The notes below the pieces were generated by a model. That model did no database searches. It had not been told where the DNA came from and saw only the letters and a program-made list of their open reading frames with translations. Source: Thainema sp. (GTDB taxonomy: Bacteria > Cyanobacteriota > Cyanobacteriia > Phormidesmidales > Phormidesmidaceae). From it: a stretch of 47,910 nt of DNA. Positions 18,399 through 27,947 of the stretch are shown here, piece after piece. Each line of letters opens with the position of its first letter. Positions within the stretch are counted from its first letter, which is position 1. Both the position numbers and the translations under genes were made by a program. The stretch is taken from assembly GCA_052168235.1 (NCBI GenBank), contig JBQLZK010000060.1, positions 1 through 47,910 on the forward strand, given 5' to 3'.

Positions 18399-20171
18399 AT
18401 GCGCGATCGCAGACTTGCAGCCCTCGAAGTCCGTCGTCAAGCCGCCGAACTCGCCAGCAATCGGCCTCACCCCAAACAGGTCGGCAATGGTGATGAACTG
18501 CGCTACCGGGACGAAAAGAATAAACCTACTCATATTGCCAACTATACAAAAGGTTTACCCCATGACGATAAAGGGCTGTTGGCGAATGCCGATGACTATC
18601 AGCAGTTTATTCGCGGCATTGACTCAGGTGATGTGCGTGACTTTAAAGATACGTCCCTTGGCCCTCCAGGACAGAATGGAAACGCCAATCCGACTTGGAA
18701 ATCGCAAATGGCGCAAGCCGTTGATGCCGATAAGCGGGCGATGAAAATGGCGTCCGTCCGAGCCTGGGAAAGTGCTGGAGCAGGCAACACTTTTGACTTA
18801 GAAGGCCCGGATGCGCAAGCTGTCACAATGCCACCCGCACCGAATCTGGACAGCGACGAACTTATTGCAGAGATGGCTGAACTTTACTCAATGGCGCTGC
18901 TGCGAGATCTGCCCTTTGCCAAATTTGATAGTGATCCGGAACTCCAGGTTGCAATCGAGCGCTTGAACCGAACTAAGTGGATTAACAATCCTGGCGATGA
19001 CCTGACGGCTGCTGAGCAGTCTCGTCTGCGTGGCCCCTTCACGCGGCAAAATGTCTTCCGGGGTATAACCAAAGGGGATAATGTTGGCCCTTATCTCTCC
19101 CAATTCTTGCTAGTTGGCAACAAGGGCCTGGGTAAAAAACACGAATTTTCCGATGGTTTTGTTCAATATGGTTCGATTCGCATCGATCAGCGTGTGCGCC
19201 TGGCTGAACCCTGCAAGGACTATATGACCACCTGGGAAAGCTGGCTTGATGTGCAGAACGGAGCTGACCTGCGCGGCACTGAGCTGTATGTCGATGATCC
19301 CAAGACCAATGAGCCGATTTATCGGTTTATGACCACACCGCGCGACTTGGCTACGTATGTTCACTATGATGCGCTGTATGAAGCCTATCTCAATGCCTGT
19401 TTAATTTTGCTCAGCATGGGTGTGCCATTCGATCCGGGCATTCCGTTCCAGCGGGGTGATCATCTCGATAAGCAGCAGGGCTTCGCTCAGTTTGGGGGAC
19501 CCCACATTTTGTCCCTCGTCACTGAAGTAGCTACTCGGGCACTCAAAGCTGTGCGCTATCAGAAGTTCAACCTGCATCGTCGGGCTCGTCCAGAAGCGCT
19601 AAGTGGATTAATTAACCGCTACTGCAATAACGATAAGGAAAACATCGCGGGCATCATGGCCTTGGCAGAAGGCATTGATGATGACTTGCTGCATGATGTC
19701 GCCACTCACAATGCACTGCAAAACCAAAGTAGCGATCGCATGAATGATGCTAACGGTGGCTACAGTAATTCCTTCCTGCTGCCAATGGCGTTCGCCGAAG
19801 GTTCGCCTATGCATCCTGCCTATGGTGCAGGTCATGCTACAGTTGCTGGCGCTTGCGTCACTATCCTGAAGGCGTTCTTTGACCACGGCTATGAGCTGCC
19901 GTTCTGCTATGAACCCTCAGTGGATGGCTCTCGTTTAGAGACTGTCAAACTGGATCGGCCACTCACCGTCGAAGGTGAACTAAACAAGCTTGCGTCCAAT
20001 ATCTCCATTGGTCGCAACTGGGCGGGTGTTCACTACTTTACCGACTACATTGAGTCGATTCGGCTCGGCGAAACAGTCGCTCTCGGCATTCTGGAAGAGC
20101 AAAAGCTAACCTACGGCGAAAACTTCTCAATGACGATACCGTTGTTCGACGGTGGCACCCGACGCATTTAG
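18399..20171 (+). CDS. Vanadium-dependent haloperoxidase (algal/cyanobacterial bromoperoxidase type)
   Basis: Vanadate-site motifs QKFNLHRRARPE, GSPMHPAYGAGHATVAGAC and NISIGRNWAGVHY. AAGGAG RBS. Confidence 0.92.
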   Translation: MRDRRLAALEVRRQAAELASNRPHPKQVGNGDELRYRDEKNKPTHIANYTKGLPHDDKGLLANADDYQQFIRGIDSGDVRDFKDTSLGPPGQNGNANPTWKSQMAQAVDADKRAMKMASVRAWESAGAGNTFDLEGPDAQAVTMPPAPNLDSDELIAEMAELYSMALLRDLPFAKFDSDPELQVAIERLNRTKWINNPGDDLTAAEQSRLRGPFTRQNVFRGITKGDNVGPYLSQFLLVGNKGLGKKHEFSDGFVQYGSIRIDQRVRLAEPCKDYMTTWESWLDVQNGADLRGTELYVDDPKTNEPIYRFMTTPRDLATYVHYDALYEAYLNACLILLSMGVPFDPGIPFQRGDHLDKQQGFAQFGGPHILSLVTEVATRALKAVRYQKFNLHRRARPEALSGLINRYCNNDKENIAGIMALAEGIDDDLLHDVATHNALQNQSSDRMNDANGGYSNSFLLPMAFAEGSPMHPAYGAGHATVAGACVTILKAFFDHGYELPFCYEPSVDGSRLETVKLDRPLTVEGELNKLASNISIGRNWAGVHYFTDYIESIRLGETVALGILEEQKLTYGENFSMTIPLFDGGTRRI

Positions 20172-20199
20172 ACGCATTTAACGGTTAGCCGCCGTAATT

Positions 20200-20239
20200 A
20201 AAAGTCAGCTGTCGCCGTATCGCGGCGACAGCGACTTTT
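20200..20239 (+). terminator. Terminator hairpin after the haloperoxidase
   Basis: AAAAGTCAGCTGTCGCCG-TATCG-CGGCGACAGCGACTTTT. Confidence 0.75.
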
Positions 20240-20376
20240 GATGTTCGGTATTGCCAGACCTTTGTTGCTGGTAAGCATCAAGCACACACGAACTCTATAA
20301 AGCTCACCCAACCATCTTTGCTGAAACTTTACGGGAGCTTTGCGGATAAGTCTCTGGAATGTTCGCATTAGGGAAT

Positions 20377-20390
20377 GTAGTTCTTCTTAC
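20377..20390 (+). promoter_or_regulatory. NtcA box upstream of sigC
   Basis: Perfect GTA-N8-TAC (GTAGTTCTTCTTAC) preceded by T. There is no perfect -10 element at 22 nt. Confidence 0.5.
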
Positions 20391-20648
20391 TTCATGTCTT
20401 CAAGCACTTAACTATTTCTGTTCATATCCGTTAGCTGACATTGTTTTCTAACGATGCTTTCTAACGATAGGACAGTCGGATCAGCCGACAAGACATAGAA
20501 CTCCATTCACCTCTCAGCTTATGCGCGTTTATAACCGAACTGTTAAGGAACTCAAGCCCCTGTTTCGTAGTCAATAAATTTGGGCATACTACCGTCAGAT
20601 AGCATTCCCGAAGTTCGCGCGCTCTGTACCCAGACATAGTTGATCGTC

Positions 20649-21917
20649 ATGCCAGTACAACCTTTTCAACCTGATACCGCTGAACTGAATTCTTATTCAT
20701 CGCCTGATGAATCTGCTGATGATTTGAATTTGGACAGCGAAGAACCAGATATCTCCTCAGACGATTTGGTTCGCCTCGAAATTGATTTTGATGATGACAG
20801 CTCTCAGGCTGCTAAGTTATCAAAGGCTGGACGTCGCACGACCGACCTTGTGCGTTTATATCTTCAAGAAATCGGTCGAGTCCGTCTACTCGGTCGTGAT
20901 GAGGAGGTTTCTGAAGCACAGCGGGTTCAGCGATATGTGCAACTGCTCGAACTGCGGGAAGAAGCCGCTGAAACAGCCGGTGAGGCTTTGCAAAAATACG
21001 TCAAGTTAGTGGACGCTCGCAATCGCTTGACAGCGCAACTTGGACATCGTCCTTCTCTAGAGCGTTGGGCCAGAGAAGCCGGAATTGAGGTGTCAGAGCT
21101 GAAGCCGACTGTGGCAGAAGGTAAGCGTCAGTGGGCCGAACTGGCGGGACTCAGTCTAGAAGAGCTGGAGCATATCCAGAAAGAGGGTATTCGCGCTAAA
21201 GAGCACATGATCAAGGCCAATCTGCGGTTGGTTGTGTCGGTAGCGAAGAAGTACCAAAATCGCGGATTAGAACTGCTGGATCTAATTCAAGAAGGAACCC
21301 TCGGTCTAGAGCGGGCGGTCGAAAAGTTTGATCCCACCAAAGGCTATCGGTTTAGTACCTACGCGTACTGGTGGATTCGGCAAGGGATCACACGTGCGAT
21401 CGCAACTCAAAGCCGCACGATCCGCCTACCGGTTCACATCACCGAAAAGCTGAACAAAATTAAGAAAGCCCAACGGAAAATCTCCCAAGAGAAGGGCAGC
21501 ACTGCCACAGTAGAAGATGTGGCACGCGAGTTGGATATGACTGCACCCCAAGTGCGGGAAGTCCTGATGCGCGTCCCTCGTTCCGTTTCTTTGGAAACCA
21601 AGGTTGGGAAAGAGCGCGATACTGAACTCGGTGATCTGCTGGAAACCGATGATGCATCGCCCGAAGAAACTCTGATGCGGGAATCTCTGCGGCGCGACCT
21701 GCAACAGCTGTTAGCTGACCTAACCAGTCGTGAGCGCGACGTGATCCGCATGCGTTTTGGGTTAGGAGATGGCACTCCCTACTCCTTGGCGGATATTGGT
21801 CGTGCTCTGGATCTGTCCCGTGAGCGGGTGCGCCAGATTGAGGCCAAAGCGCTGCAAAAGCTGCGTCAGCCCAAGCGCCGCAATCGTGTGCGCGACTATT
21901 TGGAAGCGCTCGGCTAA
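20649..21917 (+). CDS. sigC: Group 2 RNA polymerase sigma factor, SigC type
   Basis: RRTTDLVRLYLQEIGRVRLLGRDEEVSEAQ, ANLRLVVSVAKKYQNRG, STYAYWWIRQ and SRERVRQIE motifs. It is adjacent to furA. Likely ATG at 20649. Confidence 0.88.
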   Translation: MPVQPFQPDTAELNSYSSPDESADDLNLDSEEPDISSDDLVRLEIDFDDDSSQAAKLSKAGRRTTDLVRLYLQEIGRVRLLGRDEEVSEAQRVQRYVQLLELREEAAETAGEALQKYVKLVDARNRLTAQLGHRPSLERWAREAGIEVSELKPTVAEGKRQWAELAGLSLEELEHIQKEGIRAKEHMIKANLRLVVSVAKKYQNRGLELLDLIQEGTLGLERAVEKFDPTKGYRFSTYAYWWIRQGITRAIATQSRTIRLPVHITEKLNKIKKAQRKISQEKGSTATVEDVARELDMTAPQVREVLMRVPRSVSLETKVGKERDTELGDLLETDDASPEETLMRESLRRDLQQLLADLTSRERDVIRMRFGLGDGTPYSLADIGRALDLSRERVRQIEAKALQKLRQPKRRNRVRDYLEALG

Positions 21918-22159
21918 AACTTATTTGCCATTAAATCGGCTGATACCGGATTCAGTATCGATCCCCCCAGCCAGTGATCAAGTACCAACCTGTTAATGGG
22001 TGAAACTCCACGATATGCGAAAGGGCATGCGAGAGTTTCACCCATTGGTCATTGAGAGCGAATTTAGTGTGACAAACCGAGAGCTGATCTTCATAAAAGT
22101 TTGCAAACCTGGCTTTTATGAAGATCGGCTCTCGGCCTTCTTTTCATGCTGTTTTATCT

Positions 22160-22258
22160 ATGATGGCAATGCCAATTATTCTCAATAGTGACATCTTCTT
22201 GCACATTAGCTCAGGATTCGTTATTATTCTCATTAAGAAATGATTCTTGAGAATTAAA
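22160..22258 (+). promoter_or_regulatory. AT-rich Fur-box-like sites upstream of furA (autoregulation)
   Basis: Repeated ATTATTCTCAAT / ATTATTCTCATT / TTGAGAATT half-sites. Confidence 0.5.
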
Positions 22259-22261
22259 GCC

Positions 22262-22717
22262 ATGCCGATTTACAGTGCTGCTTCGCTGAAATCTGAATTG
22301 AATGAGAGAGGCTGGCGTTTAACTCCTCAGCGTGAAACCATTCTGCAAGTTTTTCAAAACCTGCCGAAAGGTAATCATTTAAGCGCAGAGGACTTGTACA
22401 ATCTGCTGCAAGAGCAAGATGAACCCATCAGCCTGTCAACGATTTATCGCACGTTGAAGCTGATGGCACGCATGGGGATCCTGCGGGAACTTGAGCTTGC
22501 AGAAGGTCACAAGCACTACGAAATAAATCAGCCTTATCCCCACCACCACCATCATTTAATCTGCGTCCGGTGTAGTAAAACGATTGAGTTTAAGAATGAC
22601 TCGATCTTGAAAATTGGCACCAAGACATCGCAGAAGGAAGGATATCATCTGCTGGATTGCCAAATGACAATTCATGCGGTATGCCCGACTTGTCAGCGAG
22701 CCCTGTTGCCTAACTAG
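22262..22717 (+). CDS. furA: Ferric uptake regulator FurA
   Basis: RLTPQRETIL, HLSAEDLY, LSTIYRTL, HHHHLICVRC and C-terminal CPTC. ATG at 22262. Confidence 0.95.
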   Translation: MPIYSAASLKSELNERGWRLTPQRETILQVFQNLPKGNHLSAEDLYNLLQEQDEPISLSTIYRTLKLMARMGILRELELAEGHKHYEINQPYPHHHHHLICVRCSKTIEFKNDSILKIGTKTSQKEGYHLLDCQMTIHAVCPTCQRALLPN

Positions 22718-22772
22718 GTTGCACCAGTTCTGAAAGGGTAATGATACTCGTAACCAAGTTTGGTTAGAAAGG

Positions 22773-22832
22773 AGCCAGTTTTTAGTTTTTGCAAAGGTCT
22801 ACAGCCTGACCTTCGCAAAAACTAACCTGGCT
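22773..22832. terminator. Long imperfect hairpin downstream of furA
   Basis: AGCCAG..TTAGTTTTTGCAAAGGTC pairs with GACCTTCGCAAAAACTAA..CTGGCT. Confidence 0.55.
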
Positions 22833-23046
22833 TTATCAGGTACTGTTTTGGGATTGTATGGCAATGCTCATCCAGCTCCAGAATGCGCTGTCTGAGAATG
22901 ACCTTGCAAAGTGAGGATTACAGGTTACAGATTGTAAGCGCTAAGTGCTCTAGCTTGCTGTCGCATGGCGATGGGCTGAGTGCCGAGAATTGGTGTGTAG
23001 CCCTAGCTTTGGGAAATAATGTCTAGCTATAGCCATATTGGTGAGG

Positions 23047-23081
23047 ACGTTGAGAGGCAGGCAACGCCTACTTCTCAACGT
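23047..23081 (-). terminator. Hairpin downstream of the GGCT gene
   Basis: ACGTTGAGAGGCAGGC-AAC-GCCTACTTCTCAACGT. Confidence 0.55.
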
Positions 23082-23123
23082 TCATAACGATACGAATAGC
23101 AATCCGTTTGAGTGATGTTCAGG

Positions 23124-23687
23124 TTATGCCATGAGACGGTACAGCGCAATGGCTTGCTTCTGGAGATTGTGCATGTGGTGAAATAGCTGCCAGCGATACT
23201 CTTCAGGTAGACCACAAGTCAATGCTCCTCGCATGACAACATCAAAGTACCAGTCGTTGGGTGCAATTTCAGTGGTTAGCTTTTGGCTGACGGTATAGGT
23301 ACGGATTTTGGTGTATCGGCGATCATTACACTCAACCGAAATAGCATGGCGACGATAGCCCTCTTCTCGGGCATCGAGTAGAGGACTTAGGCGCAGAGGC
23401 AACTGATATAGAACGCCATACACCGTTGAGGTTTCGTCCGGCATGATATCTAGTACGCCACACTGGCGCAGCCGTGATCGCCGATAGAACCCCAAGCGAT
23501 AACCGGACAACTTGGCAGCCCCAACCACGTAAGGATGGGTGGCTTCACCCAGAGAACGCTTGAGATCCACTGGGCACATACATGAACCGTAGGCAAAGTA
23601 GTAAAACGCTGATTCTACGGCAGGGACAGAAACGGATGAGTTGATTGTCAATGCGTGGTTTGGGTCAGAGTGATCTGAATGAGGCAT
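23124..23687 (-). CDS. Gamma-glutamylcyclotransferase (GGCT/AIG2-like) family protein
   Basis: YYFAYGSCM, VYGVLY and LDAREEGY motifs. Likely ATG at 23687. Confidence 0.85.
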   Translation of the reverse strand: MPHSDHSDPNHALTINSSVSVPAVESAFYYFAYGSCMCPVDLKRSLGEATHPYVVGAAKLSGYRLGFYRRSRLRQCGVLDIMPDETSTVYGVLYQLPLRLSPLLDAREEGYRRHAISVECNDRRYTKIRTYTVSQKLTTEIAPNDWYFDVVMRGALTCGLPEEYRWQLFHHMHNLQKQAIALYRLMA

Positions 23688-23752
23688 GTAGCTAAGTCTG
23701 GTCGAAAATGCGATCGCAAAATCTATGCAACTCAAAAATTACAAACTACGAC

Positions 23753-24646
23753 CTAAATGGCCTGGCTTTGCTCTGTGACCGGGGGATCAGCATTCGGATC
23801 CCAACCTTGGTTGACCGCTTTAATGAGCTGCCATGCGACTATACCAACAATAATTAATGCGACTAGAGCTGCTAGCAGGGAGAAGAGTTGAGCGACTGCA
23901 CTTGGATCGTTAGAAACGGGTTGACTTTTTTGCAAACGGGAACGGGAAGGCCGACGCGATTTGTTTGCCATAGTGCCAGAGCGATTACTACTCGTACGTG
24001 GAATTGTTGTAGATTGTCCGGATCGAGCCGTACTTAATCCAGAATATAGGTCTGATGCAGGATACGGGTTGATATCAGACCGAATACCGGAAATAGGGCC
24101 GCTGCCTACCTCCATTGGCTGCAAGCCACCCGCTTTCATCTGCTGCCAGTGCTGCATGACTGAAACAGGGCGTCGTCCATACTGTGACCACTGTTGTAAT
24201 GCCGTCCCCGTAATGCAGCAGAGGTTGGGAACTTGTAGCGCTTGAATTCGCTGAATTTGCGGCTGGTCATTTGTGGCCAAGACAACCATACGGGCTGGAT
24301 ACCGTTTGGCCACACCATAGGCACAGCGGGCAACCGCTAGCGACAGGCGTGCTTTTTTGCTGATGGCTCGGCCCTCCGGTCCCTTCAAGAGTGGATGGCT
24401 AGCTATAATTTCCGTCGATTGCCATTGATGAGTGGCTTGAAACCGATGAAATTCTTTTGCTACACGCTCCAAATCCGGATCGACCGCATCTTTGAAGAGC
24501 AGATGCATTTCGTCGGCCACAGACTGAGGCAGAATGCAGGAGCCAACAGAGGAGTATTGATGCCAATCACGCAGATTGCTCGTTACTAAGACATTGATGT
24601 CAAGTAGCAGCAAAACAGGGGGCAGGGGTTTAGCTACAGTCACCAT
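23753..24646 (-). CDS. PIN-like domain protein with C-terminal membrane anchor
   Basis: LLLDINVL, ILPQSV..E and VVLATND PIN-type motifs, a low-complexity linker and a TM helix. Confidence 0.7.
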   Translation of the reverse strand: MVTVAKPLPPVLLLLDINVLVTSNLRDWHQYSSVGSCILPQSVADEMHLLFKDAVDPDLERVAKEFHRFQATHQWQSTEIIASHPLLKGPEGRAISKKARLSLAVARCAYGVAKRYPARMVVLATNDQPQIQRIQALQVPNLCCITGTALQQWSQYGRRPVSVMQHWQQMKAGGLQPMEVGSGPISGIRSDINPYPASDLYSGLSTARSGQSTTIPRTSSNRSGTMANKSRRPSRSRLQKSQPVSNDPSAVAQLFSLLAALVALIIVGIVAWQLIKAVNQGWDPNADPPVTEQSQAI

Positions 24647-24948
24647 AGTGGATGGACTAAACGTAGTTAATCTATGTGGAAATCAAATTGGAAATCAAAG
24701 TCGCGATCACTCGTAACAAATCAAAAATTTAGCAGGACACCCTTCACGTTTTAAGACTCTATCTTTAAAGAAAGAATTTTATTGATTTAAGTATATAACT
24801 CCGTTAGGGAGCGATACCCTTTCAGACTACAGCGTCATTGTCTCAATCCTACAGGCTGCTAAAAAAGCCATCTTGAGTTTTTTGTGAAAGACATACGCCG
24901 CATCCCTTTCACAAATCACAGTTCTGAGGCTTGATTGTGGGATTCGGA

Positions 24949-24974
24949 TTGAAACAGTCACTTGAAACAGTCAC
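24949..24974. repeat. Exact 13-bp tandem duplication
   Basis: TTGAAACAGTCAC x2. Confidence 0.8.
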
Positions 24975-25077
24975 ATAAATACGAGCCTAGTACTAACGAT
25001 ACTGTTTGACTATCTTTTTTACCTATCTTAAGTCGTCATTTCGATCATGATCACAGATCTTACATTTGCTCCCAAAA

Positions 25078-25130
25078 CCCAAAGGAGGGATTTTGCCGAT
25101 GCATGATGGCCGCAAAATCCCTCCTTCGGG
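25078..25130 (-). terminator. Hairpin downstream of the site-2 protease gene
   Basis: CCCAAAGGAGGGATTTTGC pairs with GCAAAATCCCTCCTTCGGG. An A-run to the left gives a T-run on the minus strand. Confidence 0.65.
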
Positions 25131-25265
25131 TCTAAGTTGTCATCCGATTGGGATTTTCGGGAGGATTCCCTAGGACATGGAGTGGACGGTATCGGCAAAT
25201 CTGCGATCGCACCTCCACATCTATTTGTTCATAAAACTCTACAATTTACGGATTAGCTAACAAGA

Positions 25266-26897
25266 TTAGCCAATGCCAAGCCGTCCGGCCAAGCTGGGCG
25301 TTAGCGGTAGCAGCGTCGCAATCATCAGAAATAGGGCTAGTAAACCAATGGCTGCGCGGGCATCATCCGGTTCCGTCAGCTCTTCTAGACTGGGCCGTTC
25401 CAAGTCGCGCTGGAGGAAGAGGATGAGGATAGCCCAGTAGAGGGCCAGTGGATTCACTAGAGAGGCCAAACCGAGAATAATCAGGGTGGCAAAGGTGGTG
25501 CGGCGGGCAGTGGTGCGGCCATAGATAGCTTGGACAATGCGGCCCCCGTCCAGTTGTCCGGCAGGCATCAGATTGATGGCAGTAATCACCAAACCCAGCC
25601 AGCCAATAATCATTAGCGGATGAACATCAACAATTGGTGTGGTGAGGGCATCGCCCAAAATCACTTTGGCCAGAGTGCCCACTAGGATGGAACCCTGAAA
25701 AAACTCCACCGGAATCTGAAATAGGCTGCCGGGATGAGACAGTACCAGGCCAGCGATCAGCATGACCAGTGAGATCAAACCGCCTGCGGCAGGGCCTGCG
25801 ATCGCAACATCAAATAAAACGGTGCGGTTCGGCAAAAGCGACGTAAAGCGCGTAATTGCCCCAAAGGAGCCAATCTGAATCGCGGGAATAAAAAACGGCC
25901 AGGCTAGCTTGACCTGATTGCGCTTCGCCAGTACCCAGTGGCCGATTTCATGGGCAACTAGGATGAGCAAGACGCTAATGCCGATGGGAGCTACTTCTGG
26001 CCAGCGATTGGGCGTTTCAAATAAATCAAAGCCCAGCAGAAACGCACAGGTTTCAAACACAGTGACCAGTGTTGCGATCGCAAGGCCAACTGCGATGCCC
26101 TTTTGCAGAGGAGAGAGGGGTTTGGGGTCGTTGCTGCTGGGTAAAACGATTACGACTGGGCGCTTTTCAACCCCTTCCACTAGAAACAGCCGATAGCGAT
26201 CGCTGAGCCGTTCTGCCAGAGCTTTGGTCAGTTCGTGATGTACCTCCGCTGGATCACCGCGCAGATTGCCTTTAAAGATTGCTCCGTCCTGATAGGGAAT
26301 GGTTTCCGTGCTGAAGAAGGTGTCAACGCCGAAAATGCCCTGAATTGCAGTTAAATCTTCGGCTGGAATGGGATGGATTTCCGGTAGGTCAAGCTTTGGC
26401 TCTGCTTTATCCTTAGGCGGCTCAGTTGCACCACCCTCGCTTGGAGTGGATCGGGTCTCTGATTCAGATGGCTGAGTTGATTCTGTCCCTGCATCCGTCT
26501 CTGCTTTAACGGATTGAGCCTCGGCATCATAGGTGGCTGGACGGCTCGTTGCCCCTTTGACCGCTGAGTGACTGGGGGATGCGGTGTCAGATGATGTCGC
26601 GCTGCCAGTCTCGGTCAGGGAAACTGGCTGATTGGTTTTCGGTAAGTTGGCCCCTGCTTTGCGGAGCTGCCGTCCGATGAAGATATAGATCCCGGTGGAG
26701 ATCAGCAGCATAAATAGCACGGTGGCCAGGTTGAGGAACAGCCCGAAAGCGGTTAAACCAAAAAACAAGAGCCAGGGCAGCATCAGCACCACAGACTGGA
26801 GCCAAGCCAAAATACCCAGCTTGCCATAGGGCAACGCCCGATAGAGTCCCCAGCCCAGAATAGCTAGAGCCGCCAGCAAGATCAGAACAGTAATCAT
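25266..26897 (-). CDS. Site-2 protease (peptidase M50, EGY-like)
   Basis: HEIGH, AIAGP and NLMPAGQLDGG motifs with multiple TM helices. Confidence 0.92.
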   Translation of the reverse strand: MITVLILLAALAILGWGLYRALPYGKLGILAWLQSVVLMLPWLLFFGLTAFGLFLNLATVLFMLLISTGIYIFIGRQLRKAGANLPKTNQPVSLTETGSATSSDTASPSHSAVKGATSRPATYDAEAQSVKAETDAGTESTQPSESETRSTPSEGGATEPPKDKAEPKLDLPEIHPIPAEDLTAIQGIFGVDTFFSTETIPYQDGAIFKGNLRGDPAEVHHELTKALAERLSDRYRLFLVEGVEKRPVVIVLPSSNDPKPLSPLQKGIAVGLAIATLVTVFETCAFLLGFDLFETPNRWPEVAPIGISVLLILVAHEIGHWVLAKRNQVKLAWPFFIPAIQIGSFGAITRFTSLLPNRTVLFDVAIAGPAAGGLISLVMLIAGLVLSHPGSLFQIPVEFFQGSILVGTLAKVILGDALTTPIVDVHPLMIIGWLGLVITAINLMPAGQLDGGRIVQAIYGRTTARRTTFATLIILGLASLVNPLALYWAILILFLQRDLERPSLEELTEPDDARAAIGLLALFLMIATLLPLTPSLAGRLGIG

Positions 26898-26966
26898 AGG
26901 TGTATGAACTCAAAGAAGGGGGCTTGATTAGCGAGGTGTACAACTCCGGTCGATTCAGGCACTCGA

Positions 26967-27947
26967 CTAATCTGATGAGGCGGCAACTGAGCCGGATTCT
27001 AACGCCTGACGCAGATTGCCTTGGTGGTCGTCTAACAGCCGTTCGGCTTCAGCGACAGGAACGCCTGACCAGTGCATCAGCAGAGCCAATTTGACCCGAT
27101 TGCCGCTCTGATCCAGCAGCGTTTGGGCCGCCGTACGGTTGAGATCAGTTAAATCTTGGATCATGCGCAGGGCGCGATCGCATAATTTGCTGTTGGTGAC
27201 AGCCACGTCGATCATGCGATTGCCGTAGACCTTGCCTAATCGCACCATCACGCCTGTAGATAAAATATTCAGCGCCATTTTGGTGACGGTGCCCGCCTTG
27301 AGCCGGGTGGAACCCGCTAGAATCTCTGGCCCAACCAGCAGCCGAATGTCAATATCGGCGATCGACGACACCTGCTCAGATGGGACGCAGGCGATAAAGA
27401 TCGTCGTTGCGCCGCGTTCTTGAGCGGCATGAAGCGCCCCGTGGACATAGGGAGTCGTCCCTCCCGCCGTGATGCCCACCACCACGTCCCGGTTGGTAAT
27501 GTGATGATGCGCGATCGCACTGGCTCCGTCCTCGGCTCGATCTTCTAAACTTTCGGAACTCCGCACCAGGGCCGCAGCTCCGCCAGCGATAATTCCCTGT
27601 ACCTGCTCCGGATCGGTGCAGAAGGTGGGTGGACATTCGGCAGCGTCCAGCACGCCCAAGCGGCCACTGGTGCCTGCGCCGATATAAAACAAGCGGCCAC
27701 CCTGGCGCAGGGTTTCAGCGGTTTGGTCAATTGCGATCGCAAGCGGAATACGGGCCTGGGCAATGGCCCGCAGCGTTTGAGCGTCTTCCTGATTAAACAA
27801 ATCCACCAGTTCCAGGCTTGAGAGCTGATCGAGATTGTGGCTGTTGGGATTATTCTGTTCGGTCAGCAGATGTCCCCGTTCTGGGGCAACTGTATTGCTC
27901 GGTTGAGCGGAGGATAAACCCTGCTGGATCGGGACATTTTGATTCAC
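26967..27947 (-). CDS. murQ: N-acetylmuramic acid 6-phosphate etherase
   Basis: LTEQNNP, GAGTSGRLGVLDAAECPPTF and GPEILAGSTRLKAGT motifs. Confidence 0.97.
   Translation of the reverse strand: MNQNVPIQQGLSSAQPSNTVAPERGHLLTEQNNPNSHNLDQLSSLELVDLFNQEDAQTLRAIAQARIPLAIAIDQTAETLRQGGRLFYIGAGTSGRLGVLDAAECPPTFCTDPEQVQGIIAGGAAALVRSSESLEDRAEDGASAIAHHHITNRDVVVGITAGGTTPYVHGALHAAQERGATTIFIACVPSEQVSSIADIDIRLLVGPEILAGSTRLKAGTVTKMALNILSTGVMVRLGKVYGNRMIDVAVTNSKLCDRALRMIQDLTDLNRTAAQTLLDQSGNRVKLALLMHWSGVPVAEAERLLDDHQGNLRQALESGSVAASSD

Noticed and set aside
18298..18744. 148-aa ORF overlapping the haloperoxidase start
   Set aside because: It is an out-of-frame overlap with a well-supported gene and has no RBS or motif support.
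17364..22717. Halogenated natural-product gene cluster around the haloperoxidase
   Set aside because: The neighbours are fibrillin, sigC and furA. No PKS/NRPS, prenyltransferase or tailoring genes are present.
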